A DNA stretch of 64,000 bases from Vitiosangium sp. GDMCC 1.1324 (GTDB lineage: Bacteria > Myxococcota > Myxococcia > Myxococcales > Myxococcaceae), in assembly GCF_003044305.1 (NCBI RefSeq), contig NZ_PZOX01000005.1:195493-259492 (forward strand), read 5' to 3'. Both the position numbers and the translations under genes were made by a program. The notes below the pieces were generated by a model. The model was not told the origin of the DNA, did no database searches, and was given only the letters and a program-made list of their open reading frames with translations. Of this stretch, positions 49,389-58,002 are shown piece by piece; the first letter of the stretch is position 1; each line of letters begins with the position of its first letter.

Positions 49389-50512
49389 GCACGAAGCCTC
49401 GTGAGGAGCTCTTCGAGCCGTTGCTGCTCCTCGGGACGCTTGAGGTTCAGGTACTTCTTGAGGAGGCGCGCCGCCTCGAGCCGCTCCGGCTCCGTCAACG
49501 CCAGCAGTCGATTCACCCATTGCTGCTCCACCTGCTGGAACTGCTGTCGCTGGCCCACGGTGCGCGCTTTCTGCTCCTCCAACCAGGTCTTCAGTTCCAT
49601 CACGGCCGGAGTCTCCAGACTCTTGCCGGGTTGGAGGCCCGGTGTCTCCGGAACGAGCCGCCCGTACCCGGTCGCGGTCTTTCCTCCCAGGCCCCAGGAC
49701 TCCAACGCCTCGCCCACGTAACGGCCCGCCCGCTCCAGCAGCACTCGCTCGCCCCTCGCCTCCAGTACCACCAGGAAGCGATTGCCCGGCGCCACCGTCA
49801 AGAATGACACGGGGTTGGGATCGTCGAAGTCCACGGGCCATTCCCCGCCCCCGCTCTCGTAATACCCACGCTGATGCACGGTGAGCACGTCTCGCGCCAA
49901 CATCGGCCCACTCCCCTTCTCCGGCGGGATCCACAGCGCATCGTGGAAGGTCACCTCCCCCTGGCTGCCTTTCTCCGATACCTCGTCCACCTCCGGAGCA
50001 CCGAACAGCCGTCGGAACACCCGGCCTGGAACCCGGCTCGGACGAGAGAGCTCCCAGGTCGTCCCACGGAAGGGCTCACGCTCGGGCTCCTCAATATCGG
50101 GATCCGGGCCATACACCGTCTGAACGTAATGGGCCGTGAGTCCCTTGAGGGCCGAGCCGGGCAGCACGGGCACTCCCCAGGTATGGTGCAGCGTCAGCCC
50201 GACTCCGGTGGCCGACGAGGTGCCGTGCCCCACGAGGATCCGGCTCTCCGCCCGTACGATGAAGCAGAGGGTGTCTGGACCCTGGAAGGATTCCTTCCAA
50301 CGGCGATAGGCCTGTGCATAGCGAGGCGGCTCGCGGCACCGGGACAGAAGCTCCAGCCATCGAGTCCGAAGTTCCAGCCACCGCTTGCGCTCGACGGGGT
50401 CTTCTCGCAACAGGGCCAGGGGCGCACACCGGGTGTACCCCAGGCCCACGTGGCTCGGCACCTGCCCGGGGGTCTCCGGGCACCGGTCCTCACCGTCCGC
50501 CTTCAGCCACAT
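49385..50512 (-). CDS. cmr6: Cmr6 (Cas7-group RAMP).
   Basis: ILVGHGTSSATGVGLTLHHTWGVPVLPGSALKGLTAHYV is the RAMP G-rich loop GSALKG. Start choice among in-frame Met codons is uncertain. Confidence 0.6.
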   Translation of the reverse strand: MWLKADGEDRCPETPGQVPSHVGLGYTRCAPLALLREDPVERKRWLELRTRWLELLSRCREPPRYAQAYRRWKESFQGPDTLCFIVRAESRILVGHGTSSATGVGLTLHHTWGVPVLPGSALKGLTAHYVQTVYGPDPDIEEPEREPFRGTTWELSRPSRVPGRVFRRLFGAPEVDEVSEKGSQGEVTFHDALWIPPEKGSGPMLARDVLTVHQRGYYESGGGEWPVDFDDPNPVSFLTVAPGNRFLVVLEARGERVLLERAGRYVGEALESWGLGGKTATGYGRLVPETPGLQPGKSLETPAVMELKTWLEEQKARTVGQRQQFQQVEQQWVNRLLALTEPERLEAARLLKKYLNLKRPEEQQRLEELLTRLRA

Positions 50513-50903
50513 GGCTTCGCTCCTCCTGCGTGAAGGTGGCCTGCACCGCGCGCCGGAACCACACCAACAGCTGAAGCAACTCACGGGTCGCCAGCATGTA
50601 GTCGCTCATCTCGAGCCGCCGCACCGCATCTGGAAGCTTCACGCCCGCCGTCCGGGGAGGCCCGGGGAGCAGTGCGTCGGCGAGATCCTCAAGGAGCCGT
50701 CCCACGGGCTTGTCGTGCTTCGCCTTCTCGGACTCCAGCTCACGCTCGAGGAAGGCCAGCGCCGCTGCCAGGCCATTGCGCAGCACGGCGGCGCCGAGGG
50801 AGTGGACGTGCATCGCATAGTCCGCGCGCTCGCCCGGGGGCACGCGCATGACCCGCTCGTAGGCGTGGAGGGCTCGCGTCTGCTGCCGCGTCCGGTGGGT
50901 CAT
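50490..50903 (-). CDS. cmr5: Cmr5 small subunit.
   Basis: MTHRTRQQTRALHAYERVM...HSLGAAVLRNGLAAALAFLERE is a 137-aa all-alpha protein. It shows an ATGA overlap with the cmr4 stop and a GGAGG-like ribosome-binding site. Confidence 0.6.
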   Translation of the reverse strand: MTHRTRQQTRALHAYERVMRVPPGERADYAMHVHSLGAAVLRNGLAAALAFLERELESEKAKHDKPVGRLLEDLADALLPGPPRTAGVKLPDAVRRLEMSDYMLATRELLQLLVWFRRAVQATFTQEERSHVAEGGR

Positions 50904-51811
50904 GGCCGTGCCTCCCTCTGAGCGCCGGGCCATGCCGCCAGCCGGCACCTGCCCCGGCCCACGGTGGCCTTGCCACCCAGTTGCAACAGCGTTGTCCCCT
51001 TCAGCGCCCGGTCGAGCACCTCCGTCGCGCTGAGATCGGTGCCCCGGCGCAAGCTACGTCCCGCGGCCAGCACCCCTACCAGGAGGGTCTCCGCGGGCAG
51101 GCTCTCTTCCTGCCAGAGCGCTCCCTGCACCACCGTGCCGGTCCCGGGGTCGATTCGCACGCGCGTCTCCACCTGGGTGGCCGTCTCCAGGAGGAAGCTC
51201 ATCGTCTCGTCGTCTACCACGGCGAAGCGCTCGCGCAGCCCTTCCTCTTCCTCGGGCCAGGTCCGAGCGAGGAAGCGTGCCCAGGCTTCCACCGCGGGCT
51301 CCACCTGGGTGTCCAGGTCCAGATCCTCCAGCAAAAGCCTGCGGTGCTTGGGCGACACGGTGATGTTGCCCTCCCCCACCCGTGCGCCAGTCACGGGCAG
51401 CCGCTTCATGCGCCCCGGTAAGCCCTCGAGGCCCGTCAGGTCCCTGCGCGCCAGTTCCAGCAGGAGCGGCGAGGACACCCACGCGAAGGCGCCCAGGAAG
51501 CTGCGCACGGGCAGCGCCACCAGCCGCGCATCTCCCACCACCAGCGCACCGGCATGGTCTCCTTCCCGGGTCTCGTCTCCCGCCGCGCCGCTCGTCTCGC
51601 GCAGAGGGCCGAAGAGGGCCTCCCGCTCCTCCGAAGGCAGGTCCCGGTGTGCATCGCGCAGCACGCCCTTGAGCGAAGAACCGGGGACGAAGGGGATGTT
51701 CGTCGCACGCAACCTCGCGATGGGTAGGTCGATGAGGCCCACGCTCTGCCCCGTCCCCGCGTGCAGGGGAGAGAGGGCGTGCAGCAGGTAGGGCCGGGTC
51801 TCCATGCTCAT
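50900..51811 (-). CDS. cmr4: Cmr4 (Cas7 backbone subunit).
   Basis: MSMETRPYLLHALSPLHAGTGQSVGLIDLPIARLRATNIPFVPGSSLKGVLRDAH shows the Cmr4 thumb and G-rich loop. It overlaps the cmr3 stop by ATGA. Confidence 0.7.
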   Translation of the reverse strand: MSMETRPYLLHALSPLHAGTGQSVGLIDLPIARLRATNIPFVPGSSLKGVLRDAHRDLPSEEREALFGPLRETSGAAGDETREGDHAGALVVGDARLVALPVRSFLGAFAWVSSPLLLELARRDLTGLEGLPGRMKRLPVTGARVGEGNITVSPKHRRLLLEDLDLDTQVEPAVEAWARFLARTWPEEEEGLRERFAVVDDETMSFLLETATQVETRVRIDPGTGTVVQGALWQEESLPAETLLVGVLAAGRSLRRGTDLSATEVLDRALKGTTLLQLGGKATVGRGRCRLAAWPGAQREARP

Positions 51812-52983
51812 GTGTTCATCTCCTCGGGGTTCCAATGCCCGGGCAGTACCCGCCCCAGGCCCTCCTCGCGGCCACTGCCCCAGGGGGCCAGCCAGAGAGT
51901 GCTCAGCGCGGTGAAGGGAAGTCCGTCCACCCGCTCGAAGAAATAGACCGAGCCCGCGGGCACCAGCCGCCGGGTGGCGCGAGCCCTCCGCTGGACCATG
52001 TCCCAGGTGGACAGTTCCAGGGGCCGGTTCACCAGTGCCGCGCGGAGCACCACCTGCCCTTCGACTCCCGGCAAGGTGCCGACCCACGCGGGACATCCCT
52101 CGTACTCGGCACGCTCCAGACCATCCGGCAGCCAGCCGCGTTGGAATTGCGCGGGCGTGGCCAGAATCAATCGCAGCCCGGGCGAGCGCTCCGGCAGTCC
52201 CCTGGGCGCCGCGAAGAGCCCGGGGGACACACGCTCCGCCAGCGTCAACCGCCGCTTGCCACCCAGTCCCAGCGGTCCCCAGGGAAAGCCCGGAGCCTCG
52301 GTGGGCAGCGTGCACTCCAGGCCCAGGGCCCACTCGCGGGCTCCGTTACCGAGGGGTTCGCGGCAGAGCATCTCCAGGATGGGCGTCTGGTACAGCATGC
52401 CGGGCTCCGCGGTCTGGGTGTCGGGGTTCAAGGTCACCCGCACATCGACACGCCAGGGAGGACCGGACTGGCCGCGAGATTTTGGAACCTCGCCGCGCAG
52501 CCAGCCGCTCAGGGCCTCCTCCGTCCAGAACGGCGGCAGGGGCCTCGGCTTGCCCGGCGGGAGCACGGGGCGCCACAGGGCCTCCAGCGCCGCATCGTCC
52601 TCCGTGCCCAGGGTCGCGACGCCGCGCGAAGGCCGCCGGGGGAGAAGTCGCTGGAGACCTCCGTCCACGGCCAGGGCATCCGCCGACACGGGCCACATGC
52701 GGTGCTCGGGGGCGAACTCCTCCCCGAGGGGCCGCAGGAGGGCCAGCACGGCTCCGAGGGCAACTTCCCGGGTCTCCCGCTCCCACTGTTCGGGAGATAG
52801 GGTGCGCGAGGAGCGGGCCATGAGGGACTGGCCCCAGGCCGCCCGCAGCGCGCCACGAATCGTGGAGGGGGGAGGCCAGGGGTGGGAATGGCTCCGCCCG
52901 ACATCGCTGGTGTACCAGCCACGGCCGTCCTTGCAGAACAGCCCATCACGCGGCAACAGGGCCAGGCACGCCGTCGTGCTCAT
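51808..52983 (-). CDS. cmr3: Cmr3 (Cas5-group RAMP).
   Basis: The N-terminal motif is MSTTACLALLPRDGLFCKDGRGW (L.PrD.lf.rDgRpf). It is 391 aa and overlaps the cmr2 stop. Confidence 0.6.
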   Translation of the reverse strand: MSTTACLALLPRDGLFCKDGRGWYTSDVGRSHSHPWPPPSTIRGALRAAWGQSLMARSSRTLSPEQWERETREVALGAVLALLRPLGEEFAPEHRMWPVSADALAVDGGLQRLLPRRPSRGVATLGTEDDAALEALWRPVLPPGKPRPLPPFWTEEALSGWLRGEVPKSRGQSGPPWRVDVRVTLNPDTQTAEPGMLYQTPILEMLCREPLGNGAREWALGLECTLPTEAPGFPWGPLGLGGKRRLTLAERVSPGLFAAPRGLPERSPGLRLILATPAQFQRGWLPDGLERAEYEGCPAWVGTLPGVEGQVVLRAALVNRPLELSTWDMVQRRARATRRLVPAGSVYFFERVDGLPFTALSTLWLAPWGSGREEGLGRVLPGHWNPEEMNT

Positions 52984-54803
52984 GCTGCACCTCGGGTATC
53001 ACCCCGCGGCCGGAGGGTGGCGCGCGAGAGCAACTCCGCCAGGAACACGCGCTCCGCCCAGGCCTCCACCTGGACGTGGAGCTCCTCCAGGGTTCCTTCT
53101 TCCTTCAAGTCCAATCCCGCCTGCTGGGGTGTGAGTCCCGCCCCGGGAGTACCTGCCTCCACGCGGGCCAGCACCCGCCGCACCTCACCCACCAGCATGG
53201 GCCGCCAACGCGCCTCGTCCTGAGGCGAACCAGCGTGGCGGGGAATGCGCCGCAGGGCCGTGGACACATCACGGACCTTCGTCATGGGCAGCGTGCCCGC
53301 CTTCCGCAGGGTGATGGTGTCCTCGAGCGCCTTCACGGGCCCGTCGGGCCAGCGCTGCCGCCAGGCGTGCTCACGGCCGGAGCGCAGCCGTGCCAGGAGC
53401 GCGAAACCATTCCGGTCCTCGCCCTTGGCCAACTGCTCCGCGCGCCGCCCGAGGTCCAGCAAATCCCCGAGGCTCTCCAGGACATGGCCCACCCCCAGCC
53501 CCACCGAGAGCGTGGGCGCGTTCACTCCCGCCCGGCTCTGGAGCTCCTGCTCCATGGCAGCGGCGAAGGCCCGCGACAACTCGGCGGCGCAGCTCAGCGC
53601 GTCCGGAAGACAGACGAAACCCAGCACGTCATCTCCACCGGCGTAGACCAGCACGCCCCGGTGCCGCTCCTCGAGGATGCGCCGGGCCTCGGTGGCGAAG
53701 TCGGAGAGCGTGCGAGACAACGACTGGTGCGCGGCGGGGCCATGAGAGGCCAGGGCATGAAGCGTCTCTCCCATCTTGTCGCCGTCCGCCACGAGGCAGG
53801 CCACATAGGGGAAGGGCTCACCCAGGGTGGCCAGCAAGGGCCGCACGAAGTCCTGGCCGAAGCGCTCCGCGTCCTGGCGCCCCATTCCCTGCTCCTCCAG
53901 GTACGTGCTCCACCGGCCGGGCAGCAGGAGCTGTGCGTCGAAGGGGAAATCACGCACCCACTCTCGGTCCCCCGCCTGGACTGGCGTCAGGACTCCTTGG
54001 TCGCGCAGCCGCACACACTCCCGGCGGAGCCTCTCCATCGCCGGGGGCTGGGTGTGCTTCGCGAGCGCCGTATAGGCGGCGAGGCCGATGGTCGGGACGG
54101 GGATGAACTGCCCGGGCTGTCCGCCCGTGCGCTTGAGCAGACCGATGGCGTCCAGTTCCTCACGCTGGCCGATACGGAAGCGGCGCCAGTCGCCCCCCTC
54201 ACGCCTCCCCTCCCGCAGCACGGACTCGCGTGCACCATCCAGGCTGGACTTGTGGCGGCCGCCCCGCTGGTGTTGCCACGGAGAGAATGGGCGCAGCCGC
54301 TTGCGCTCGGCCAGCGCGGCTTCCGCGAGACGTAAGGCCCTGGGGTACTCCTCCGGCGTGGTGAAGGGACACCAGGCGGCATGGAACTCCAGGAGGGTGT
54401 CCAGTTGCTCCTGGGCGGTGCCGAGAGCGCCGGGGTCCACGAGCTGGGGATGCTTGCGCCAGACCTCCAGGCCCCATTCGCGCAGCCGTGTGCGCGCCGC
54501 CTCCCGCGCAGCCCGCGCCACCTCGCGAGGCTCCCCCTGCCGCACGAGCACCAAGAGCTTGTTGGGGACGCTGGGGGCGGCCTCCTGCCCATCCACGAAG
54601 GCGGGGAAGATGAGCTCGGCCCGGAGCCGCTGGGCGGTGCGGGCGGCCTCGAGGCTCAGCTCGCTGAGCACATGGCTGCCGAACCACAGGTCCCGGGTGC
54701 GCCGGGCCTGGGCGATGAAATCCTGCACGGGACCGAGGCTCATGAGGAGCAGGTGCGCGGTGCTCACGTCGACTCCTTCACGCCACTGAAACCCTTCACC
54801 CAC
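52980..54803 (-). CDS. cmr2: Cmr2/Cas10 short form, lacking an HD domain but with an intact GGDD cyclase motif.
   Basis: The N-terminus reads LLLMSLGPVQDFIAQARRTRDLWFGSHVLSELS, as in the Cmr2 N-terminus. The Palm2 motif VLVYAGGDDVLGFV is present. At 607 aa there is no room for an HD nuclease domain. Confidence 0.75.
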   Translation of the reverse strand: MGEGFQWREGVDVSTAHLLLMSLGPVQDFIAQARRTRDLWFGSHVLSELSLEAARTAQRLRAELIFPAFVDGQEAAPSVPNKLLVLVRQGEPREVARAAREAARTRLREWGLEVWRKHPQLVDPGALGTAQEQLDTLLEFHAAWCPFTTPEEYPRALRLAEAALAERKRLRPFSPWQHQRGGRHKSSLDGARESVLREGRREGGDWRRFRIGQREELDAIGLLKRTGGQPGQFIPVPTIGLAAYTALAKHTQPPAMERLRRECVRLRDQGVLTPVQAGDREWVRDFPFDAQLLLPGRWSTYLEEQGMGRQDAERFGQDFVRPLLATLGEPFPYVACLVADGDKMGETLHALASHGPAAHQSLSRTLSDFATEARRILEERHRGVLVYAGGDDVLGFVCLPDALSCAAELSRAFAAAMEQELQSRAGVNAPTLSVGLGVGHVLESLGDLLDLGRRAEQLAKGEDRNGFALLARLRSGREHAWRQRWPDGPVKALEDTITLRKAGTLPMTKVRDVSTALRRIPRHAGSPQDEARWRPMLVGEVRRVLARVEAGTPGAGLTPQQAGLDLKEEGTLEELHVQVEAWAERVFLAELLSRATLRPRGDTRGAA

Positions 54804-56092
54804 CCCAGAAACGCTTCCTCGAGGTTCTCCGCGACGAGGGGCGCGTAGAGCGCGGTATCCCCCGGTGCCAGGAGCCGGTCGAAGGGCGCCGCGGAACCCC
54901 GGACGGGCTCACGCGCCTTGCCCATCAGCACGACCTGGCCCTTCTCGGGCCACGCGCGGCGAAGCCACAGCGCGATGGGGACGAAGGAGCCATCCGCCAG
55001 GGGCATGGCCTTGACGATCAACGGAGAAGCGAACCGCTCGCGGACCCGCGTTCCATCATGCCAGCGCAGCTCGACGTCCGGAGGTTCGGCATAGGGCGCT
55101 CCCCTGCCCCCCGGCGTCTTGGGCCGGGCGGTGCGTTGGAAGCGAATGGCCAGAGGCAGGCCGAACCCCGCGCGAGGCCAGGCCACGGCCTTGCCGGCGC
55201 AGGCGGGCCGGGGCGGGTGGGCCCAGGAAGTCCCCTTCGGAGGGGAAAACAACTGGCGGACCTTGTCGGCCTCCGGCCAGTAGGAGCGTCCCGGTCGCTC
55301 TGGCCTGGGCTCCCGGGCGGTTGCACTGCGGCCCTCGCCCTTCTTCCCGGGCGAGGCCACACGCGAGCCCTGGGGAAGACGTCCCTCGCCCTGGCGGAAC
55401 TCCCGCAGCCAGCCCAGCGCCACCTCCCAGGCATCATCGGCGCCCGGCCGCGAGGCGCCGTAGAGCAATCGAGCCCCCCGCAACAGGGGCACCTGTTTGG
55501 CCCCCCCCGGAGGGAGCGCGCCGAACAGGGGCAGCTCCGGGAAGAGCCGCGACCACTCCTCGCGCGTGGGCTGCCGAGGCAACCACGCCGCCGCGTCGTC
55601 CACGACGGTGAGCGCACCGAGCCCCCGGCGGGTGCGACTTCCATATCCCCCCCAGAGCACCCAGGCCCGGAGAGCGCCTTCCACCTCGGAGAAGCGCTCC
55701 GCCGGGGCGAGGAGGTGGAGGTGGAAACACAGCGAGGAGTGCCAGCGTGGGGCGAGGGGCTTGCTCGCGACCCAGAGGGCATAGGCGCCCCGGGCTCTCT
55801 GATCGATGCGCCCATCGTCCCGGGACACGGTTCGCGGCTCCACCTCCACACGCACTTCCACGCGAGAGCGCGTCCCCTGCTCCTTGCCCATCCCACCCCA
55901 GAGCTCGCGCTCCCGGCGGGCCAGCTCCGCGGGCGTGGCGCACGCGTGCCCATGGAGCGCCCGCCACCAGAAGCGCAGGTGGCCTCGAATCGACGGCGCG
56001 CGAAGGGGGTCCAGCTCGTCCAATTCCCGGGCGGCGGACGAGCCACCGAGGATGGGCGTGATCGTCTTCAGCCGCACCCGCAGCGACTTCAT
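54764..56092 (-). CDS. cmr1: Cmr1 (Cas7-group RAMP).
   Basis: The start is MKSLRVRLKTITPILGGSSAARELDE...PSIRGHLRFWWRAL after a GGAGG ribosome-binding site. This is the classic Cmr1 RAMP start. The 773-aa ORF 54764..57085 is an upstream frame extension. Confidence 0.65.
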   Translation of the reverse strand: MKSLRVRLKTITPILGGSSAARELDELDPLRAPSIRGHLRFWWRALHGHACATPAELARRERELWGGMGKEQGTRSRVEVRVEVEPRTVSRDDGRIDQRARGAYALWVASKPLAPRWHSSLCFHLHLLAPAERFSEVEGALRAWVLWGGYGSRTRRGLGALTVVDDAAAWLPRQPTREEWSRLFPELPLFGALPPGGAKQVPLLRGARLLYGASRPGADDAWEVALGWLREFRQGEGRLPQGSRVASPGKKGEGRSATAREPRPERPGRSYWPEADKVRQLFSPPKGTSWAHPPRPACAGKAVAWPRAGFGLPLAIRFQRTARPKTPGGRGAPYAEPPDVELRWHDGTRVRERFASPLIVKAMPLADGSFVPIALWLRRAWPEKGQVVLMGKAREPVRGSAAPFDRLLAPGDTALYAPLVAENLEEAFLGWVKGFSGVKEST

Positions 56093-56151
56093 CGGAGGCC
56101 CACCCGTGAGACGCCGGGCCCGCGGCGCCGGGTCTGGCAGGGCGTCGTTGC

Positions 56152-57963
56152 TCACGTGGACCGGCTCCTTCCCGGGGCGTCGAGCAAGGTGCGGTGTTGG
56201 TCGAACAGCCCCTCGAAGAGCAGCCGCAGCTCGTCCTGGATTTGCTCCCGAGAGCACTCGTCCCAGCGGCGGAGCGCGAGCAGCAGCGCACGCACCCAGC
56301 CGGGCTCCTTCGTGCGAACCAGCTCCCTGCGGTAATAGAGGGCCAGTGTCAGGGTGTCGTTCTTGTCCAGCCCTTCCAACTTCACGCGCAGTTGGCTGTA
56401 GCTCTCGTGGGGATCCGGGAAGGTGGGCAGCCCCGCGACCTCGATGAACACCCGCTCCAACGCCGGCTGCTCCTCCCTGGCCAGAGCGGCCGTGGAGAAC
56501 CGGCAAGCATGGAAGAGCCAGATGAGGTAGCGCCGCAACCGCCGCTCGGGAAGGGTCTGGATGGGGCGCTCCGGCTCGAAGACGCGAACGCTCTCCAACG
56601 CGTTCCAGATGATGTTCGCGAGGGCGTGTGATGGAGGCTGGGCGGTCGCGGCCCGATGGCTCCGCCGCCAGGCCAATGCCACCTCGACGGAGACCACGTC
56701 CGCGTCGTAATCCACCGCCTCGAGCACCCACCCCGTGCGGCCACTGCCGCTGTAGCTGTAGGAGGTCAGGCCTCGCTGCTGGACATGGTAGGCCTCGTGG
56801 ACGAGGAGCAGCCGGATGCACTCGTCCCAATCTTCTTTCGAGCCCAGGCGCTGGCGCAGGGCCCGGAAGCCCTCCAGCAGGTCGACGGGGAACTTCCAGG
56901 TTCCGGCCTGATAGCGGAACAGGGGCGTCCTCTCCGTCGCGGGCGTGGTGTCGATTTGACTGTCCAGGAGGACCCGCCCCCCGAGCCGCTCGACCAGTGT
57001 CTGTTGCTCGGGTTGGCGCAGCCACTCGACCAACTGCTGGTGGATGCCGATCACCTTCTTGAGCTCTTCCTGGATCTCCTGCCACTGCTTGGAGGTGAGC
57101 GTCTCCTCCCGTGCTGCGGCCAGACGGCGCCGAGGGCTGATCTGATGGACGGCGAGATACTGGCCCTGCTCGCGATTGAAGTGGTGCAACCCCAGGGGGT
57201 GCTGGGTCTGGGCGTTGATGGCGGTCCCCAGCGCGGCGGCGAGGCTGCCGGGACAGTCCATGGCCAGGAGCACCGATCCGGCGCCCTCCAGCCGCTCGTG
57301 GAGGGTGTCGAGCACGGTGCGGAATTGCTCCACCGCCCGCGAGACCTCGCCAGGGTTCTGCAGGGCCCGCTCCGAGGTGCCTCGTACGGGCCGCAGGCAG
57401 ACCGTGGCCAGGATCTCCATGGGGTGGCGTGCCTTGAACTGCGCGAGCGCCGTGTCACGAATGGGGTTGGTGACCTCGACGATGAGCGCCACGTGCCCAC
57501 GGCCCTCCTGCCGCGCGGCGGGAAGACCCTCGACGGTGAAGTAGGGCTCCGGGGTGGAGGGATGGGATCGGTCCGCCATGAGCGACCAGGAACCATCCTC
57601 CCGCGACTGCTGATAGACATACAGCCGCCGGCGCGGCAGACACCACGCCAGGTGCAGCATCAACACCAGGGGCGCGCACCCGAACAGGTGGACGGGCAGG
57701 TCGAGCCCCAGCTCGCGCTCCCGGGCCAGGAGCGCCTCGGCGAACCGCTCGTTCTCATCGAAGGCCCAGCCCCAGTCCTGCTCCCGCTGGGCACGGACGA
57801 GCGTGTCCTTGTTGTACTCATGCAATACGCAGGACGCGACGTCCCGGTCCCCCTCGAAGCCACTGTGCTTCAACGCCTCGCGCGCGGTGTTCTCGGCCAC
57901 GGGGCGGTCGTGCTCGTAGCGAAGGATGAGGGCCTGGGTCCTGGGTGTCAGGGCAATGACCAT
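56152..57963 (-). CDS. Large type III-associated accessory protein of unknown function. It is a candidate cyclic-nucleotide sensor/effector (SAVED/CARF-like region is a hypothesis) with a C-terminal HExxH...E zincin-like motif.
   Basis: The 603-aa ORF ends 60 nt upstream of cmr1 on the same strand and directly follows the SMODS nucleotidyltransferase gene. The C-terminal region contains LLVHEAYHVQQRG...WVLEAVDYD. There is no signal peptide. Domain assignment is not alignment-verified. Confidence 0.45.
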   Translation of the reverse strand: MVIALTPRTQALILRYEHDRPVAENTAREALKHSGFEGDRDVASCVLHEYNKDTLVRAQREQDWGWAFDENERFAEALLARERELGLDLPVHLFGCAPLVLMLHLAWCLPRRRLYVYQQSREDGSWSLMADRSHPSTPEPYFTVEGLPAARQEGRGHVALIVEVTNPIRDTALAQFKARHPMEILATVCLRPVRGTSERALQNPGEVSRAVEQFRTVLDTLHERLEGAGSVLLAMDCPGSLAAALGTAINAQTQHPLGLHHFNREQGQYLAVHQISPRRRLAAAREETLTSKQWQEIQEELKKVIGIHQQLVEWLRQPEQQTLVERLGGRVLLDSQIDTTPATERTPLFRYQAGTWKFPVDLLEGFRALRQRLGSKEDWDECIRLLLVHEAYHVQQRGLTSYSYSGSGRTGWVLEAVDYDADVVSVEVALAWRRSHRAATAQPPSHALANIIWNALESVRVFEPERPIQTLPERRLRRYLIWLFHACRFSTAALAREEQPALERVFIEVAGLPTFPDPHESYSQLRVKLEGLDKNDTLTLALYYRRELVRTKEPGWVRALLLALRRWDECSREQIQDELRLLFEGLFDQHRTLLDAPGRSRST

Positions 57964-58002
57964 GGGAAGGCTCCTGAAGAGGATGGGACCGCGAGGACGG
58001 AC

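Noticed and set aside
54764-57085. 773-aa ORF as one protein.
   Set aside because: The Cmr1 signature begins at the internal Met MKSLRVRLKTITPILGG after a GGAGG ribosome-binding site. The upstream 330 codons overlap the separate 603-aa gene region in another frame.
56152-57963. Confident call of SAVED-metallopeptidase for the 603-aa protein.
   Set aside because: HExxH occurs by chance often in Ala/Glu/His-rich proteins, and the SAVED assignment rests on gene context only. It is reported as a hypothesis, not as a feature call.
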